Shown piece by piece: positions 38,410 to 49,006 of a stretch of DNA of 64,000 bases. Location of the stretch: the IMG/VR virus record IMGVR_UViG_3300045988_170943, positions 356,241 to 420,240 of that record; one strand, written 5' to 3'. The stretch comes from a virus. The notes beneath the pieces were generated by a model that worked only from the letters and a program-made list of their open reading frames with translations, ran no database searches and was not told the DNA's origin. Numbering within the stretch: the first letter of the stretch is position 1; each line of letters starts with the position of its first letter. A program made the translations under genes and the position numbers.

Positions 38410-39837
38410 TTGGCTACTAGTATTATGCGCCCAAGAGCCATGTTTGTTGGACCAGAGCAGGTCTCAAACGTCATCAGGGACCACGCATGCCCCGACTGGG
38501 ACTGGTACCGGGTAGACACACTACAGGACGTTATAGCGGGATCACGAGACGGCGACGACTACTCCGACATCAACATGATCATTCTTGTTGACAGAATGTT
38601 CGAGAAGGAGTTCAACCCGGAACGCGAGTTCGAGACCATCGTCGCCTCATTCGGCACCAGCAAAATCGTAACTATCCTCCAATACAACAGCAGTCTCCAG
38701 TACAACATTGAGAACTCAGTGGCCGCCTATGCGAAAGACAAGGGGATCGGCGATGTCTCCATGAACTTCGTTGGAGCGGACTACGAATCGGCCATACCCC
38801 GCATCATCCACAACTACGTCAACGACCCCTATGCTGACGACTGGAACAAGGCAGTCATCAGCAACCGTGTCACCATCGACGAGAACGGCCAGGTTGTCAG
38901 CATCGCAGCCGACGAAACTACCGGTGAGGAGTGGGACGACGGCAGCAACTACTTCGAGGAGCAGGTAGACGACACCCAGTACCTCGGCCAGATCATCGCC
39001 GTCACCTCCAGCAAAGGCGGGTCAGGTAAGTCCACCGTCGCCGTCACTCTAGCCTCCTACCTGGCACACTCGTCCATGAGGTCAGTGGAGACCGGGGCGG
39101 TTGACAGGCCCCTGAAAGTCGCTATCCTCGACCTAGACATTGAAGACGGCCAGATCGGGTTCATTGCGGGCAGCATCCAGCCGACCATCCTGAACATGCG
39201 CACCCGGGGTATCTCGCAAGCCGCGTTTGAGGACACTGTTATCAAGAGCAAGCGGCTTGGTGTTGACCTCATCCTAGCCCCCAAGCGGCCACGCTCCAGT
39301 GCTGACACGCCACCTCAGTTCTACCGCGAGGTGATCGACTTCCTCAAGCAGCGGTACGATTACGTGATTCTGGACACTTCTGTACGCTACATGGATCCCC
39401 TTCTGGAGCAGGTGGCGTACCCCATGGCTGACGCCATAGTTTTTGTTACCGACATTGTGATCCAGTCCGTGATGTCTATGACACGGTGGGTGCAGGAGGT
39501 GACCTGGCCGGTAGAGAAGAACGGCATGGGGATCCCGGCATCCAAGATCGGTCTCGTGGTCAATAAGGCCATCGCTGATGTGCACATGAACGGGACTCGT
39601 ATCGCTAAAGCCGCTCCGGGCGTCGCCGTCGTTTCTGTGATCCCCAATAATGCGAAACTGATGGCTCACGCCGCTAACCTTCAGGCAATGCAGGTTGTTT
39701 TGAATCATCCAGAGATCCGCAAGTCATACAAGCGAATAGCAGATGCCATCATGGGTAAACGTTACGACAAGCACCTAGTGGATACCACCAAGGGCGAACG
39801 CTACAAGTTAAGTGACGACTTCAAGGTCACCACATAA
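38410..39837 (+). CDS. cpaE: CpaE/TadZ-like ParA/MinD-family ATPase with N-terminal receiver-like domain
   Basis: Deviant Walker A VTSSKGGSGKSTVA, LDLDIEDGQ, final gene of the Tad-like module. Confidence 0.7.
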   Translation: MATSIMRPRAMFVGPEQVSNVIRDHACPDWDWYRVDTLQDVIAGSRDGDDYSDINMIILVDRMFEKEFNPEREFETIVASFGTSKIVTILQYNSSLQYNIENSVAAYAKDKGIGDVSMNFVGADYESAIPRIIHNYVNDPYADDWNKAVISNRVTIDENGQVVSIAADETTGEEWDDGSNYFEEQVDDTQYLGQIIAVTSSKGGSGKSTVAVTLASYLAHSSMRSVETGAVDRPLKVAILDLDIEDGQIGFIAGSIQPTILNMRTRGISQAAFEDTVIKSKRLGVDLILAPKRPRSSADTPPQFYREVIDFLKQRYDYVILDTSVRYMDPLLEQVAYPMADAIVFVTDIVIQSVMSMTRWVQEVTWPVEKNGMGIPASKIGLVVNKAIADVHMNGTRIAKAAPGVAVVSVIPNNAKLMAHAANLQAMQVVLNHPEIRKSYKRIADAIMGKRYDKHLVDTTKGERYKLSDDFKVTT

Positions 39838-40029
39838 TAGAAGTAGCGCAACATGTAAGACCTTCCCGCCCCTTTAGTGTGCGGCCTGGAACTCTCTTCT
39901 GCTGGCATGGTGCCTGTCTGGTGAAGATACCATGCGAAGCGGCAAGTAATGTTGCCTTGTGTGTTGAGGTGAACATGCGGCAGGAGAGCCAGCCAGGGCT
40001 GTAGTGAGGGGTTAGGGAACATGAAGGGT

Positions 40030-40078
40030 CTGGCCGGGATGCCTAGTGGTAGGGGCTCCCGGCCAGACCTGTTTCTTC
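40030..40078 (+). terminator. terminator after cpaE-like gene
   Basis: Stem ctggccggga...tcccggccag followed by acctgtttcttcg. Confidence 0.5.
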
Positions 40079-40222
40079 GTGTAACAAGGTGCTAAATGTT
40101 GAGGCTTCGCTGATTGTGTGCCTTAAACTAGAGCGTTATCACACAACGGCTTGTGCTGTTTTCTGTTGCGTTGGTGTGCTCAACTTAGACGCCATGTCAT
40201 GATCGCACCCCAAGGTAGACGA

Positions 40223-40267
40223 GTACTGCCTGCAATTACACTTCAATGCCGTCATTGCAGGCAGTAC
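40223..40267 (-). terminator. terminator hairpin just downstream of the PilT-like gene
   Basis: 14-bp stem gtactgcctgcaat/attgcaggcagtac. Confidence 0.5.
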
Positions 40268-40283
40268 TTCAGCCAGGACCGGC

Positions 40284-43145
40284 CTATGCGATAGTGATCT
40301 TGTCCTTACCCAGTAGACCCTTGAAGTATACGAGGTCGGCGGCGTGCCTCATACCCTCCTCCACAGTGCACCTCCCCTGCTCTACAGCATTAACGATCTG
40401 CCGCTCAATAGTCAGGTCATTGTCGCGCATATAGTCCTCAATGCCGTGGTCGTCGCCCGCGCCGATCATTTCCTGTACTTCACGAGTAATCTCAAGGACA
40501 GAGAACAGGGCGAACCGGCTCTTACCGTCAACAGTCTTCAAGAGTTCCTGGTTAGCGAGCCCACGAATGTTTGTCTGAAGCGTTGACAGTATACGCCTCT
40601 GATCCTCACCATCATACAGCGACTTGATACGGTTCAACGTGACGGCAGGCGTGTTTGAGTGGATCGTCGTCATCGTGAGGTGCCCTGACTCGGCTGCACG
40701 AAGAAACTCGTCAACCTCTTCCTGGTCTCGAACCTCACCCACCAGAATCGTGTCCGGGTCCTCACGCATAGCAGCCTTCAGCGCGTTCGAGAACGAGTGT
40801 GTGTCACTGCCCACCTCACGTGGAGTCAGCAAAGTAATGCCATCGTCAGGGTAGATGTACTCGATGGGCTTCTCAATAGTGACGATCCTCTGGTTACTGT
40901 TCTTCTGAAGGTTACGGATCAGAGATGCGAACGTTGTCGTGTTATGGGTTGGCACATAGTCCCTTGTGCACAGGAACAGGTGTGACGGGGAGTCCACCTC
41001 AAGGCACCAGAACTCCGACTGGGAGGCGTGCACCTCCTCCATGTACTCGATCTCAACAATGTTCCCCCCGTCTATTGTGGCGCTTGCGTGCGAGCCTCTA
41101 AAGTCATCGTTCAGGTAATCCCGCACACCAGTAATGCTCAAACGGTCACCCATAGTCTCAGTGGCGTGCATCCCCAGTGAGCGAGCCACACGAGCCACAC
41201 CCTCCCTGTGCTCATCATCCGGGATGCTGACTGTCGTGTCGCTGGAGTCTGCTGGCCCCTGAACCAGTAGTGCCCCCAACAGCATCAGCCGATCCGACAC
41301 GCTCCAGGAGACCGCCTCAGCAAGAACCTCACGTACCCCATCCTGCCCCTCTGTAAGGCCCGTGACAGCGGCCGCAAGCGCCACTGGCAACACGGTAGGG
41401 GCGGGGGGCTCAGGTACCTCCACAGGCCCCCTGAGTCCCCTGATAACGGGGTTGTAGCCGAACCTCTGGCACACCTCGAACATTTGCTGCGTCGTCACCG
41501 TGCGCGGCCCCTCAACGCGGCCCATCAGTGATTCCTGGGAGTGCAACTCCAGCAGGTGGGCGCACGACTTACCGACCAGGATCCCGTCACCAGTGTCACG
41601 GAACGTCCGAGAAAGAACACCAGCCACCATGTCTGCCATGTCGCCCGTGAGCCCAGCCCGGCGGGTGATCTCGTGGGCAGGCAGCCGTTCACCGTCTCTG
41701 GCAGCAACAACCATGTCCAGGAGGGCAGCAACAGACCTCTTCGGCAGGATGATACGGCAGTAATTGTCACAAGGGAACTCCGCGACCCACAGGTGGTTCC
41801 CCCCAGCCAGGACAGTCTCACTAAGGCCACGGAACTTGATGTGGAAGAACCTCTCCGACCCTCCGGGGTGCTTTCTCACCACTTTGCATGTGCTGCCGTT
41901 CTCGTCATACACGATGTCACCGACCTGCACGTCCCCAAGCCTGATGAACCCGCCAGGATAGTTCGGGCCAGGTATCAACGTGTCCTCGTGAAGATCCTTA
42001 CCGGAGCCAGTAATACCCCCCAGGATGATGCCGCCCTTACCGAACTTCGTCCACTCAATCAGGCGCGGGTCCACGTTCAGTTCCTCAGGAGACGGGATGA
42101 CATCACTGATGATACGGAACGTCATAGCATTGTGCCCAAGAGTGCGCGCAACATTCAACCTGGTGCGCCTCCCCGCGTGCATACTGGAACGCAACTCATA
42201 AGAGGTGTCCAGTTCCCAGTGCTCATGATAGTCAGTCTGGTTATCCTTGGTGACAATGTCCATGAAGATACGGCTCGTGACATCATAGGGGATAGGCCCG
42301 AACTTCTCGTCGCGCACAATGTCTCCATTGACCCTGTACGCGATACGCTTGTCTGGGTCGATATGGACGTCAGAAGCACCCATGTCGATACCTTGTGCGA
42401 TTACGGCGTCGATGTCGAAGCCTTTAAACGGATCCTCTTCCGCCTCCTCCTCTTCAATGCCGATCCCGTCTATGACGTCAAGAACCCCATCCAATGGGTC
42501 ATCGTCATAATCGTCGTCATAGTCCTCATCATCGTACCCGGCGTAAGGGTCCTCATACTCTGGATACTCATCATCCATAGGGGAGAACGGGTCCTCATCC
42601 TCCCCGTCAACACTCCCCTCACTGGTGTCGCCCGCGTCCATGTTGTCACTGTCAGCAGCAATGTCTGCACTGACGGCAACATAGTCTGCGTCACCATAGA
42701 GATCACCGTCACCACTACTTGCAGACAGGCCGCTAGCAGCCCCCAGGGCCTCAGGAGCACTACCTGCACTGTACTCAGAAACACCAAAATCTGTGACCGG
42801 TTCATCACCGTCAGCACCCAAACTAGCGTTCACAGGATCATCATAGTCGCCGTCGAGCACGCCATCATACTCAACACCTTCGTCGCTATCGCCCCACAGG
42901 CGCTCACTGTACCCATTATCTGGAACCTGGGTGGGCGCGTTCATATAGTCGGCGTCAACAGGTGTCGTTACCACGTCATCCTCGCCCGGCTCATCATAGC
43001 CGCCAGGAATAGTAGTCTCCTCCATGTGCGGCTGCGTGACCGGGGCGGCATGACCGGGCACATACTCATCATCCCCGTCACCCTGAAGGAACGGGTTGTA
43101 GTCCTCATCCCAGGCCTCAGCAGTAAGGTCAATACGGTCAGACAT
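40284..43145 (-). CDS. pilT: PilT/PilB-family secretion/retraction ATPase with 230-aa acidic N-terminal extension and an in-frame intein in the P-loop
   Basis: ASDVHI...RTRLNV...GGIILGGITGSGK | intein | TTTFASLI...ILVGEVRD (Asp box)...SGHLTMTTIHSN (His box). The exteins rejoin to the canonical GSGKTTT. Confidence 0.8.
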   Translation of the reverse strand: MSDRIDLTAEAWDEDYNPFLQGDGDDEYVPGHAAPVTQPHMEETTIPGGYDEPGEDDVVTTPVDADYMNAPTQVPDNGYSERLWGDSDEGVEYDGVLDGDYDDPVNASLGADGDEPVTDFGVSEYSAGSAPEALGAASGLSASSGDGDLYGDADYVAVSADIAADSDNMDAGDTSEGSVDGEDEDPFSPMDDEYPEYEDPYAGYDDEDYDDDYDDDPLDGVLDVIDGIGIEEEEAEEDPFKGFDIDAVIAQGIDMGASDVHIDPDKRIAYRVNGDIVRDEKFGPIPYDVTSRIFMDIVTKDNQTDYHEHWELDTSYELRSSMHAGRRTRLNVARTLGHNAMTFRIISDVIPSPEELNVDPRLIEWTKFGKGGIILGGITGSGKDLHEDTLIPGPNYPGGFIRLGDVQVGDIVYDENGSTCKVVRKHPGGSERFFHIKFRGLSETVLAGGNHLWVAEFPCDNYCRIILPKRSVAALLDMVVAARDGERLPAHEITRRAGLTGDMADMVAGVLSRTFRDTGDGILVGKSCAHLLELHSQESLMGRVEGPRTVTTQQMFEVCQRFGYNPVIRGLRGPVEVPEPPAPTVLPVALAAAVTGLTEGQDGVREVLAEAVSWSVSDRLMLLGALLVQGPADSSDTTVSIPDDEHREGVARVARSLGMHATETMGDRLSITGVRDYLNDDFRGSHASATIDGGNIVEIEYMEEVHASQSEFWCLEVDSPSHLFLCTRDYVPTHNTTTFASLIRNLQKNSNQRIVTIEKPIEYIYPDDGITLLTPREVGSDTHSFSNALKAAMREDPDTILVGEVRDQEEVDEFLRAAESGHLTMTTIHSNTPAVTLNRIKSLYDGEDQRRILSTLQTNIRGLANQELLKTVDGKSRFALFSVLEITREVQEMIGAGDDHGIEDYMRDNDLTIERQIVNAVEQGRCTVEEGMRHAADLVYFKGLLGKDKITIA
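40941..41996 (-). other. class-3-type intein (352 aa) in the PilT-like ATPase
   Basis: Block A DLHEDTLI (residue 1 is Asp), block B GGNHLW (Trp B:12), block F EFWCLEVDSPSHLFLC (Cys F:4), block G VPTHN with +1 Thr. Matches the WCT class-3 pattern. Confidence 0.65.
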
Positions 43146-43418
43146 GCGATGTTACTCTCTTCCAAGAGGGGTGGTAGCGGTAGCCAGGGAACGCGAACGA
43201 CGGTACATCCAGCAACAGAATCATACCAATAAAACGTAAATCTCTGGTCTGAAGGAATATCCCGGGACGAAGCCACAACTACACTAACACGCGAGAAACA
43301 GGCCAGCCAGTACCCCGCACAGCAGAGCCCACACACGTATTCACCTCCCAGAGAGACCGCCCCAAAGCCTGTAATCGCAAAAGTATGGTAAGCACCACGT
43401 TAGGGCACTGTCCCTCCC

Positions 43419-45830
43419 CTACACGGCGACCTGAGTCAGTTCCAAAGGCTTACCATCCATACCCATAATGCGCTCAACCTTCACCGCATCCCTGAGGAAG
43501 GCCGCCCCCGACTTGAAGAACCCCCTGTCCCGAGGATTAGGTTCACGCTTCGCCCGGTTCTCAAACTCTACAGCCACAGACTCCACACACTCACTGATGA
43601 ACCTGCCCAAAGAGTCAGACACCACCAGGTAGCGGACCTCCCCATACGCGAACCACCCCGACCAGGCATAGTTTCTGAGCACCTTCTTCAACGCGCTACC
43701 CTGTTTACGAGTCAACTCGATCTCATATGCGATAGACCTAGCCCGACCATTCTTGTCCCGCACATCATAACGCATAATAAGGTCTGGCTGATGGTACGAC
43801 GAGTACTTATCCTTCTCATCATCCTTCGCGCACGGTACCCACAGCATCGGATACTTCTCCATGATGCCGTCACGTAACCCACTCGACAAGTCCTGGTATG
43901 CGTCAAGCATCTGCTCACGATACCTCACCAGACGTTCATCTCTCGACAAGGTGACACCAGAGCAGTTGCGCTCCATCCACCGCTCATTCACAAAGAACGC
44001 GGGCATAAACCCATGCAACTTACACTCGCGGGCAACAGTGTACGAAACCATAGCATTATGTGCGCCACGCTCAGTCATACGCGCACCCTTACGGGCACTA
44101 CGCACCTTAATGTTGTCAAAATCCACGCCAGACCTGTTATCCCGGAGCACCTGAAGACCCTTGCTCTTCAACCGGTAAATACTCTTACCACCAAGGAACA
44201 CGGTATCACTGATAATCAGGCCCATCTCCGCCAAACCAAGAAGACGCTTCGGCGCAGACTTCGGAGCCTTCAAACCCAGAATCGTCTGCACACTCCTAGC
44301 AGTAGCGGAACCAGACACAGCAATCAGTTCCAGCACCAACAAATCCTTCTGAGTGATCTTTGACCGATGATACTTCTTTCTCGGATTCCGCTTCTTCCTA
44401 CCTGAGACAGTCTCGCCACGACGCTGCCTGTGCCGCAGATCCGCCTCCTGAGCCTTACTACGCACAGGGAACTTCACATCAGGAGCGAACTCCTGCCGCA
44501 TGTACTCGCCAGTGTCAGAAGGAAGCGGCTGCAACCCCTGACCAGGCTTCTTCGGCGGAGGACGGTACCCCTTCATAAACGGCTTATTCTCAGGATTCAG
44601 GATATGCGGGTCAGTGACACCAACCAGATTCGGGTCAACTGGTTTCTTAGGTCGAGGCCGCTTAGGCTTCTGATACTGAACCACATACTTGCGATCCTCC
44701 AACACGTTCACATCATCAGTACCCAGACCAGCAGGCTCAGGACGCGACTCGCCACCACTGAGAGACAAGCCCCCGCCAGTAGACACACCGCCGGATCGCC
44801 CCCCGTCGTTTACTCCACTACGAGATTGCGCACCATTAGCATCTCCTCGACCACTACTGTCACGACGGAACCCACCCGAACCAAGACCAGCACCCACAGT
44901 GAGACCAGCAGTTACAGCAGGTTCCTGTGGGCTTCCCTGAACGCCACCACGACCATCACCCGCGCCACTGCCCGCAGCGCGCACACGACCCGAACCTTGC
45001 ACCTCACCATCAGGAGAAACGGGCCGCCTATCAGACGTTGAGCGGCCACCCGAGGCTACACTACCAGTGGGACGACGGCCTTCCCCCAACTGCGGGCGAC
45101 CACCGCCCTGAACCCCACCTACTGGCCTCTCATGATGTATAGCAGGCCTCGAAGCGCCTTCGCCCCCACCCGAGGTGCCCACGCCAGCACCATTACCAGC
45201 AGTCCCATGAGGAGCAGTGCGACGCTCAGGGTAAGAGTGACGAGAACTTCCCCCGTCCCCTACAACACCACCCTGAGCCCTCACGGGGCGGGCACCGCCA
45301 GCAGGAGATGCAGGGCGAGAGCCACCTCCCATGCCAGAGGTAACACCCTGCCTGACAACAGGTCCACCACCAGCCATACGACTTCCGCCACCCTGTGACT
45401 GTCGGACACCCATTGGGGCGACACCACCATGCGGTAGATCGCGGCCACGCACACTGTCACCCTTCACCACACCACGGGCGCTGTCGTTACCCCCAGGGTT
45501 GGACCTACCAAGAGACCCCACACCCCTAGGATGACCGCCTCCCCCACGCGACGGCACCACACCAACACCAGCCCCAGTAGGTCGCCCAGCGCCTCTTGCG
45601 TCACCCTGTGGCCGGGTGGGGGAAGCCTCGTCGTCACTGAGCAGGTCACTCATCATGTCATCGAGAAGATCATGCTCCACCTCAGCAGGCACGCCAACAG
45701 TACTACGTGCCGGGCCGCCATTAGTGCCAGAGACAGTCGGGCGCATGGGGCGGCTCACCCGGCTACGGTCACGGAAACTATTACGTGCGCCATCACGGCC
45801 AGGCTCATCAGTCACAAGCACACCCTCCAA
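43419..45830 (-). CDS. replication-relaxation-family-like (wHTH plus PD-(D/E)xK-like) protein with about 400-aa Gly/Arg/Ser-rich disordered N-terminus
   Basis: C-terminal LVLELIAVSGSATARSVQTIL (wHTH) and DLIMRYDV...AYEIELTRK (D...E-x-K). N-terminal low complexity. Confidence 0.4.
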   Translation of the reverse strand: MEGVLVTDEPGRDGARNSFRDRSRVSRPMRPTVSGTNGGPARSTVGVPAEVEHDLLDDMMSDLLSDDEASPTRPQGDARGAGRPTGAGVGVVPSRGGGGHPRGVGSLGRSNPGGNDSARGVVKGDSVRGRDLPHGGVAPMGVRQSQGGGSRMAGGGPVVRQGVTSGMGGGSRPASPAGGARPVRAQGGVVGDGGSSRHSYPERRTAPHGTAGNGAGVGTSGGGEGASRPAIHHERPVGGVQGGGRPQLGEGRRPTGSVASGGRSTSDRRPVSPDGEVQGSGRVRAAGSGAGDGRGGVQGSPQEPAVTAGLTVGAGLGSGGFRRDSSGRGDANGAQSRSGVNDGGRSGGVSTGGGLSLSGGESRPEPAGLGTDDVNVLEDRKYVVQYQKPKRPRPKKPVDPNLVGVTDPHILNPENKPFMKGYRPPPKKPGQGLQPLPSDTGEYMRQEFAPDVKFPVRSKAQEADLRHRQRRGETVSGRKKRNPRKKYHRSKITQKDLLVLELIAVSGSATARSVQTILGLKAPKSAPKRLLGLAEMGLIISDTVFLGGKSIYRLKSKGLQVLRDNRSGVDFDNIKVRSARKGARMTERGAHNAMVSYTVARECKLHGFMPAFFVNERWMERNCSGVTLSRDERLVRYREQMLDAYQDLSSGLRDGIMEKYPMLWVPCAKDDEKDKYSSYHQPDLIMRYDVRDKNGRARSIAYEIELTRKQGSALKKVLRNYAWSGWFAYGEVRYLVVSDSLGRFISECVESVAVEFENRAKREPNPRDRGFFKSGAAFLRDAVKVERIMGMDGKPLELTQVAV

Positions 45831-46046
45831 GAGTTAAGAAAACAAGCGGGCAACAATCCAGACATTCTACACTATATTACCCCAAAACGCCAGCGGCACA
45901 AGAAAAGAAGCCCAAGCGACGACACCGCGACCCAACATCACGTACACTCCCGGTCACAAGAAAACCAAACCCATAGCACCCAGCCACGCACCATACAGAA
46001 CCCGTAAAGGAACCCACCCCTGTGCCCCATATCACACGGCACTGGC

Positions 46047-46544
46047 TTGACCAATGACGATCACGCGGCATACGATCAGGCCAGATCCAAACAAGCCAAC
46101 CCCAAGCAAGGAAGTTACGCCATGTGTAGCACAGACAACTACGACCTCATGATCCTCAAGATGTCCCAGTACTTCATGCGTCGAGCACGTGGCAAGTCCT
46201 ACCGGGTGCCAGACGAACTGAGCCTGATTTGCATGAAGGAAGACAACCCTGAAGAATGGGGCGACCTGATCCACGACCTCATCAACGAGGCACACCCATT
46301 CACTGACGAAGACGGAACATGGACCACCACCCACATGGGTAAGGAGGTCACCCACACCATCGGCTCCGACGAGGTTATGGCTGCCGCACGCTACGCACGA
46401 ACCATGCTGGAGATGGCAAACCGGGGAGACTACGCCCTCCTCCACCTCACGTCCGACACCTTGAGCAAGGCGCTGGACGACCTGTACAAGAAAGGCCGCC
46501 AGGACGCCCGCACAGCCCTAGCAGCAGAACAGGGACTCATCTAA
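46047..46544 (+). CDS. hypothetical protein
   Basis: 165-aa ORF of normal composition. Confidence 0.45.
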   Translation: MTNDDHAAYDQARSKQANPKQGSYAMCSTDNYDLMILKMSQYFMRRARGKSYRVPDELSLICMKEDNPEEWGDLIHDLINEAHPFTDEDGTWTTTHMGKEVTHTIGSDEVMAAARYARTMLEMANRGDYALLHLTSDTLSKALDDLYKKGRQDARTALAAEQGLI

Positions 46545-46733
46545 AAGAACCAAACGAAAACACACAGGCCCACATACCAGGTGAAACCACTAACCCCCGG
46601 CATGCGGGCCACAAGTATGTTCAAGAACCAGCAGGAACACAAACACCACACCTCACACCATGGGTGACACGCCAAGGCACTGCGCAACCAAGGCCACCTG
46701 CCCGCACAAAACGATGGGGCGCACAGTTAACGC

Positions 46734-47141
46734 CTAGAGTGGAAAAGACTCAGAAATCCTCATCCAGGTACATGTTTCCAAGTACATGTGACCCACCCCG
46801 TCATTGAAGTGCTTCACCCTGAGCATACGAGACTCACAAGACGGGACGCGGATCAGCACCTCACCATACACTACACCAGCAGGGTCGGGGTTAAACAGGA
46901 GTGTGTCACACAAGATCCCCTCCAGACGATCAGGGAGACTCCCGCTATAGTCCGCAAAGGAGAAGCGGACAGCAACCACCCCGTCGTCAACCTCCACAAT
47001 ACAGAGGTTCGTCCCATTCGGGTTAACCTCATTCACCCGCCCCACAAGCCACTCAGCACGCTTCACAGCCTCACTCTCAGGTAACCCAGACACGTACCCA
47101 TCAACCGACACTGGACGGTCAATCAACTCAACACTTCCCAT
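46734..47141 (-). CDS. hypothetical protein (start set at MGSVELI)
   Basis: C-terminal 135 aa has normal composition. The upstream extension is G/V/W-rich composition artifact. Confidence 0.4.
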   Translation of the reverse strand: MGSVELIDRPVSVDGYVSGLPESEAVKRAEWLVGRVNEVNPNGTNLCIVEVDDGVVAVRFSFADYSGSLPDRLEGILCDTLLFNPDPAGVVYGEVLIRVPSCESRMLRVKHFNDGVGHMYLETCTWMRISESFPL

Positions 47142-48843
47142 AACAGTGTCTCCCTTCCAGACGGAACCCAGTCCGTCCCAGGCAATCTCTTGCTTCGCTG
47201 GCAGTCCACTCGATCTACAGCACACCACCACCCACCAATATACAGGACAATACACCCAGAACACAACCACCCCAGACCATGCCATACCACCCCTGGCAAA
47301 CCCGACCGCCAGTGGCACACAAACAGCCCCAGGAAGACGCCCTCTGAGCAAGGCCACCCCATGCACTCACACCAACCCGAGCACAAACCAGGCGGCAGGA
47401 GCCACGAGAAAAACCAGGCTCACCTACAAGCCCCGCACGCACAACACCAAACATGCCCACCACCCAGAGTGGGAACATGCGCCTAACCCCCTGACGCCAC
47501 CTCCCCGTGTTCCCATGCCCCTGTAAGAGTGAACCAGACAAACGTTACCGCTACTATCATTGTTTACGACTAATCCGCACCCCCAAGAAACAAGCCACGC
47601 CCACACCAATTGAAACACCATGCTCACCCCATAGTTTCACGCTTGCCGCAACCAACCGGAACACCATCAGCACAGAAAAGCGGCAGAGACGAAAACGGAC
47701 GCAAGCCACAACAGCCACCGACCAGGAAAGGGGTCTAAACCCCTGTGCCGCAACACCCCATATACACACCACCCAGCACCATTCCCCCAAACAGAGTAAA
47801 CAGGGGTAAGAACACGACCCAGGATCGCAAGAAGCCGCATCCGGTAACCCAATCACGGTCACGGCCCCACCCTATAGAGATCGACACCGAACCCGCCTCA
47901 TGAGAATCACCCCCCTTGCGGCCACCTCAAAACAAACACAGGCCACGCACACGAACCCCACTCAACACGACAATACACCACCATACGCCATCACAAGAAC
48001 ATCAGGCAATAGTCCCGCACATGAACGCCCACCCCAAAGGCGACACAAATAACCAACCAGCACGCATGACAAGAACACTTGACACCCAGCCAGGAAGACA
48101 TCACATACATCCAAACAAGCCCGCAAACACACAAGACGAAGCAGCACCAAGACACAACACGCAGACATGCGCAAAGACAAGCACACTTTACACACCTACC
48201 ACATACCTGCACACCTCTCAAAAGGCATAGTCACCCAGGCAGCACACCGCCCCGCACAAACAATAGACACACACCCAGAAACAGGCACACAACAAACCCC
48301 AAGACCAACCCCCAAAACACCCATACACCCAGAACGCACAACCAAAAACCACAAAACCGCGCCATTCCAACGAAAAGTCCCAATAACATGTGAAGAAGGG
48401 GTTTCCTATACGGGTACCAAACCCCAAAATTTCCGCCAAGCAAAACCCACCCACTTGGTGTCTCGCGCTGCTGTCGCTGTTGTGGTGCTCGTCTCTGTCG
48501 TGTTTGTTGGTGGGTTTGTGCTTGCCTGCACGGGCGTTCGCTGGGGCTCTCTGTGCAGGGTGGGGGTTGGTCTTGGGGTTGGGTGTGGTGGTGTGCGCTT
48601 ACTGTCGTGATGAAGAGGCAGTGAGCGTGAGTGTGCGCATACTGTTTGGCTGTGTGGTGGATGGGTGTGCGCACATAGTGTCTGGGCGACTACTGCGCAA
48701 CAGGGGGCCAAACAGCCACAGGGGGTAAGGGGTTCAAGACAAAGGAGGAGGACGTAACCGTGCGCGTGGGGGTTGGGGGACTATTAACCCCTGACGGGTG
48801 CATAGGCGTGTGGCGGTACCTGGAGTGGTCACCTGCTACCTAC

Positions 48844-48864
48844 CGGCTGCGTTCACTGCGTTCA
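48844..48864. repeat. left copy (ggctgcgttcactgcgttcac) of a 21-bp perfect inverted repeat
   Basis: Partner is gtgaacgcagtgaacgcagcc at 49108-49128. Each copy is itself a tandem of gtgaacgca. Confidence 0.85.
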
Positions 48865-49006
48865 CTTCGCCTGGTTCCGGCATCGTGTTGGTTTGGGTTG
48901 TGGGTGGAGTCCTGGGTTGGGTTGTGGTTCTTGTGAGCAGTGTGTGGACAGTGTGGTGGCAGGTGTGCGCACATGGTGGCGGCATGGGGTGTGCGTGTGG
49001 GGTGGA

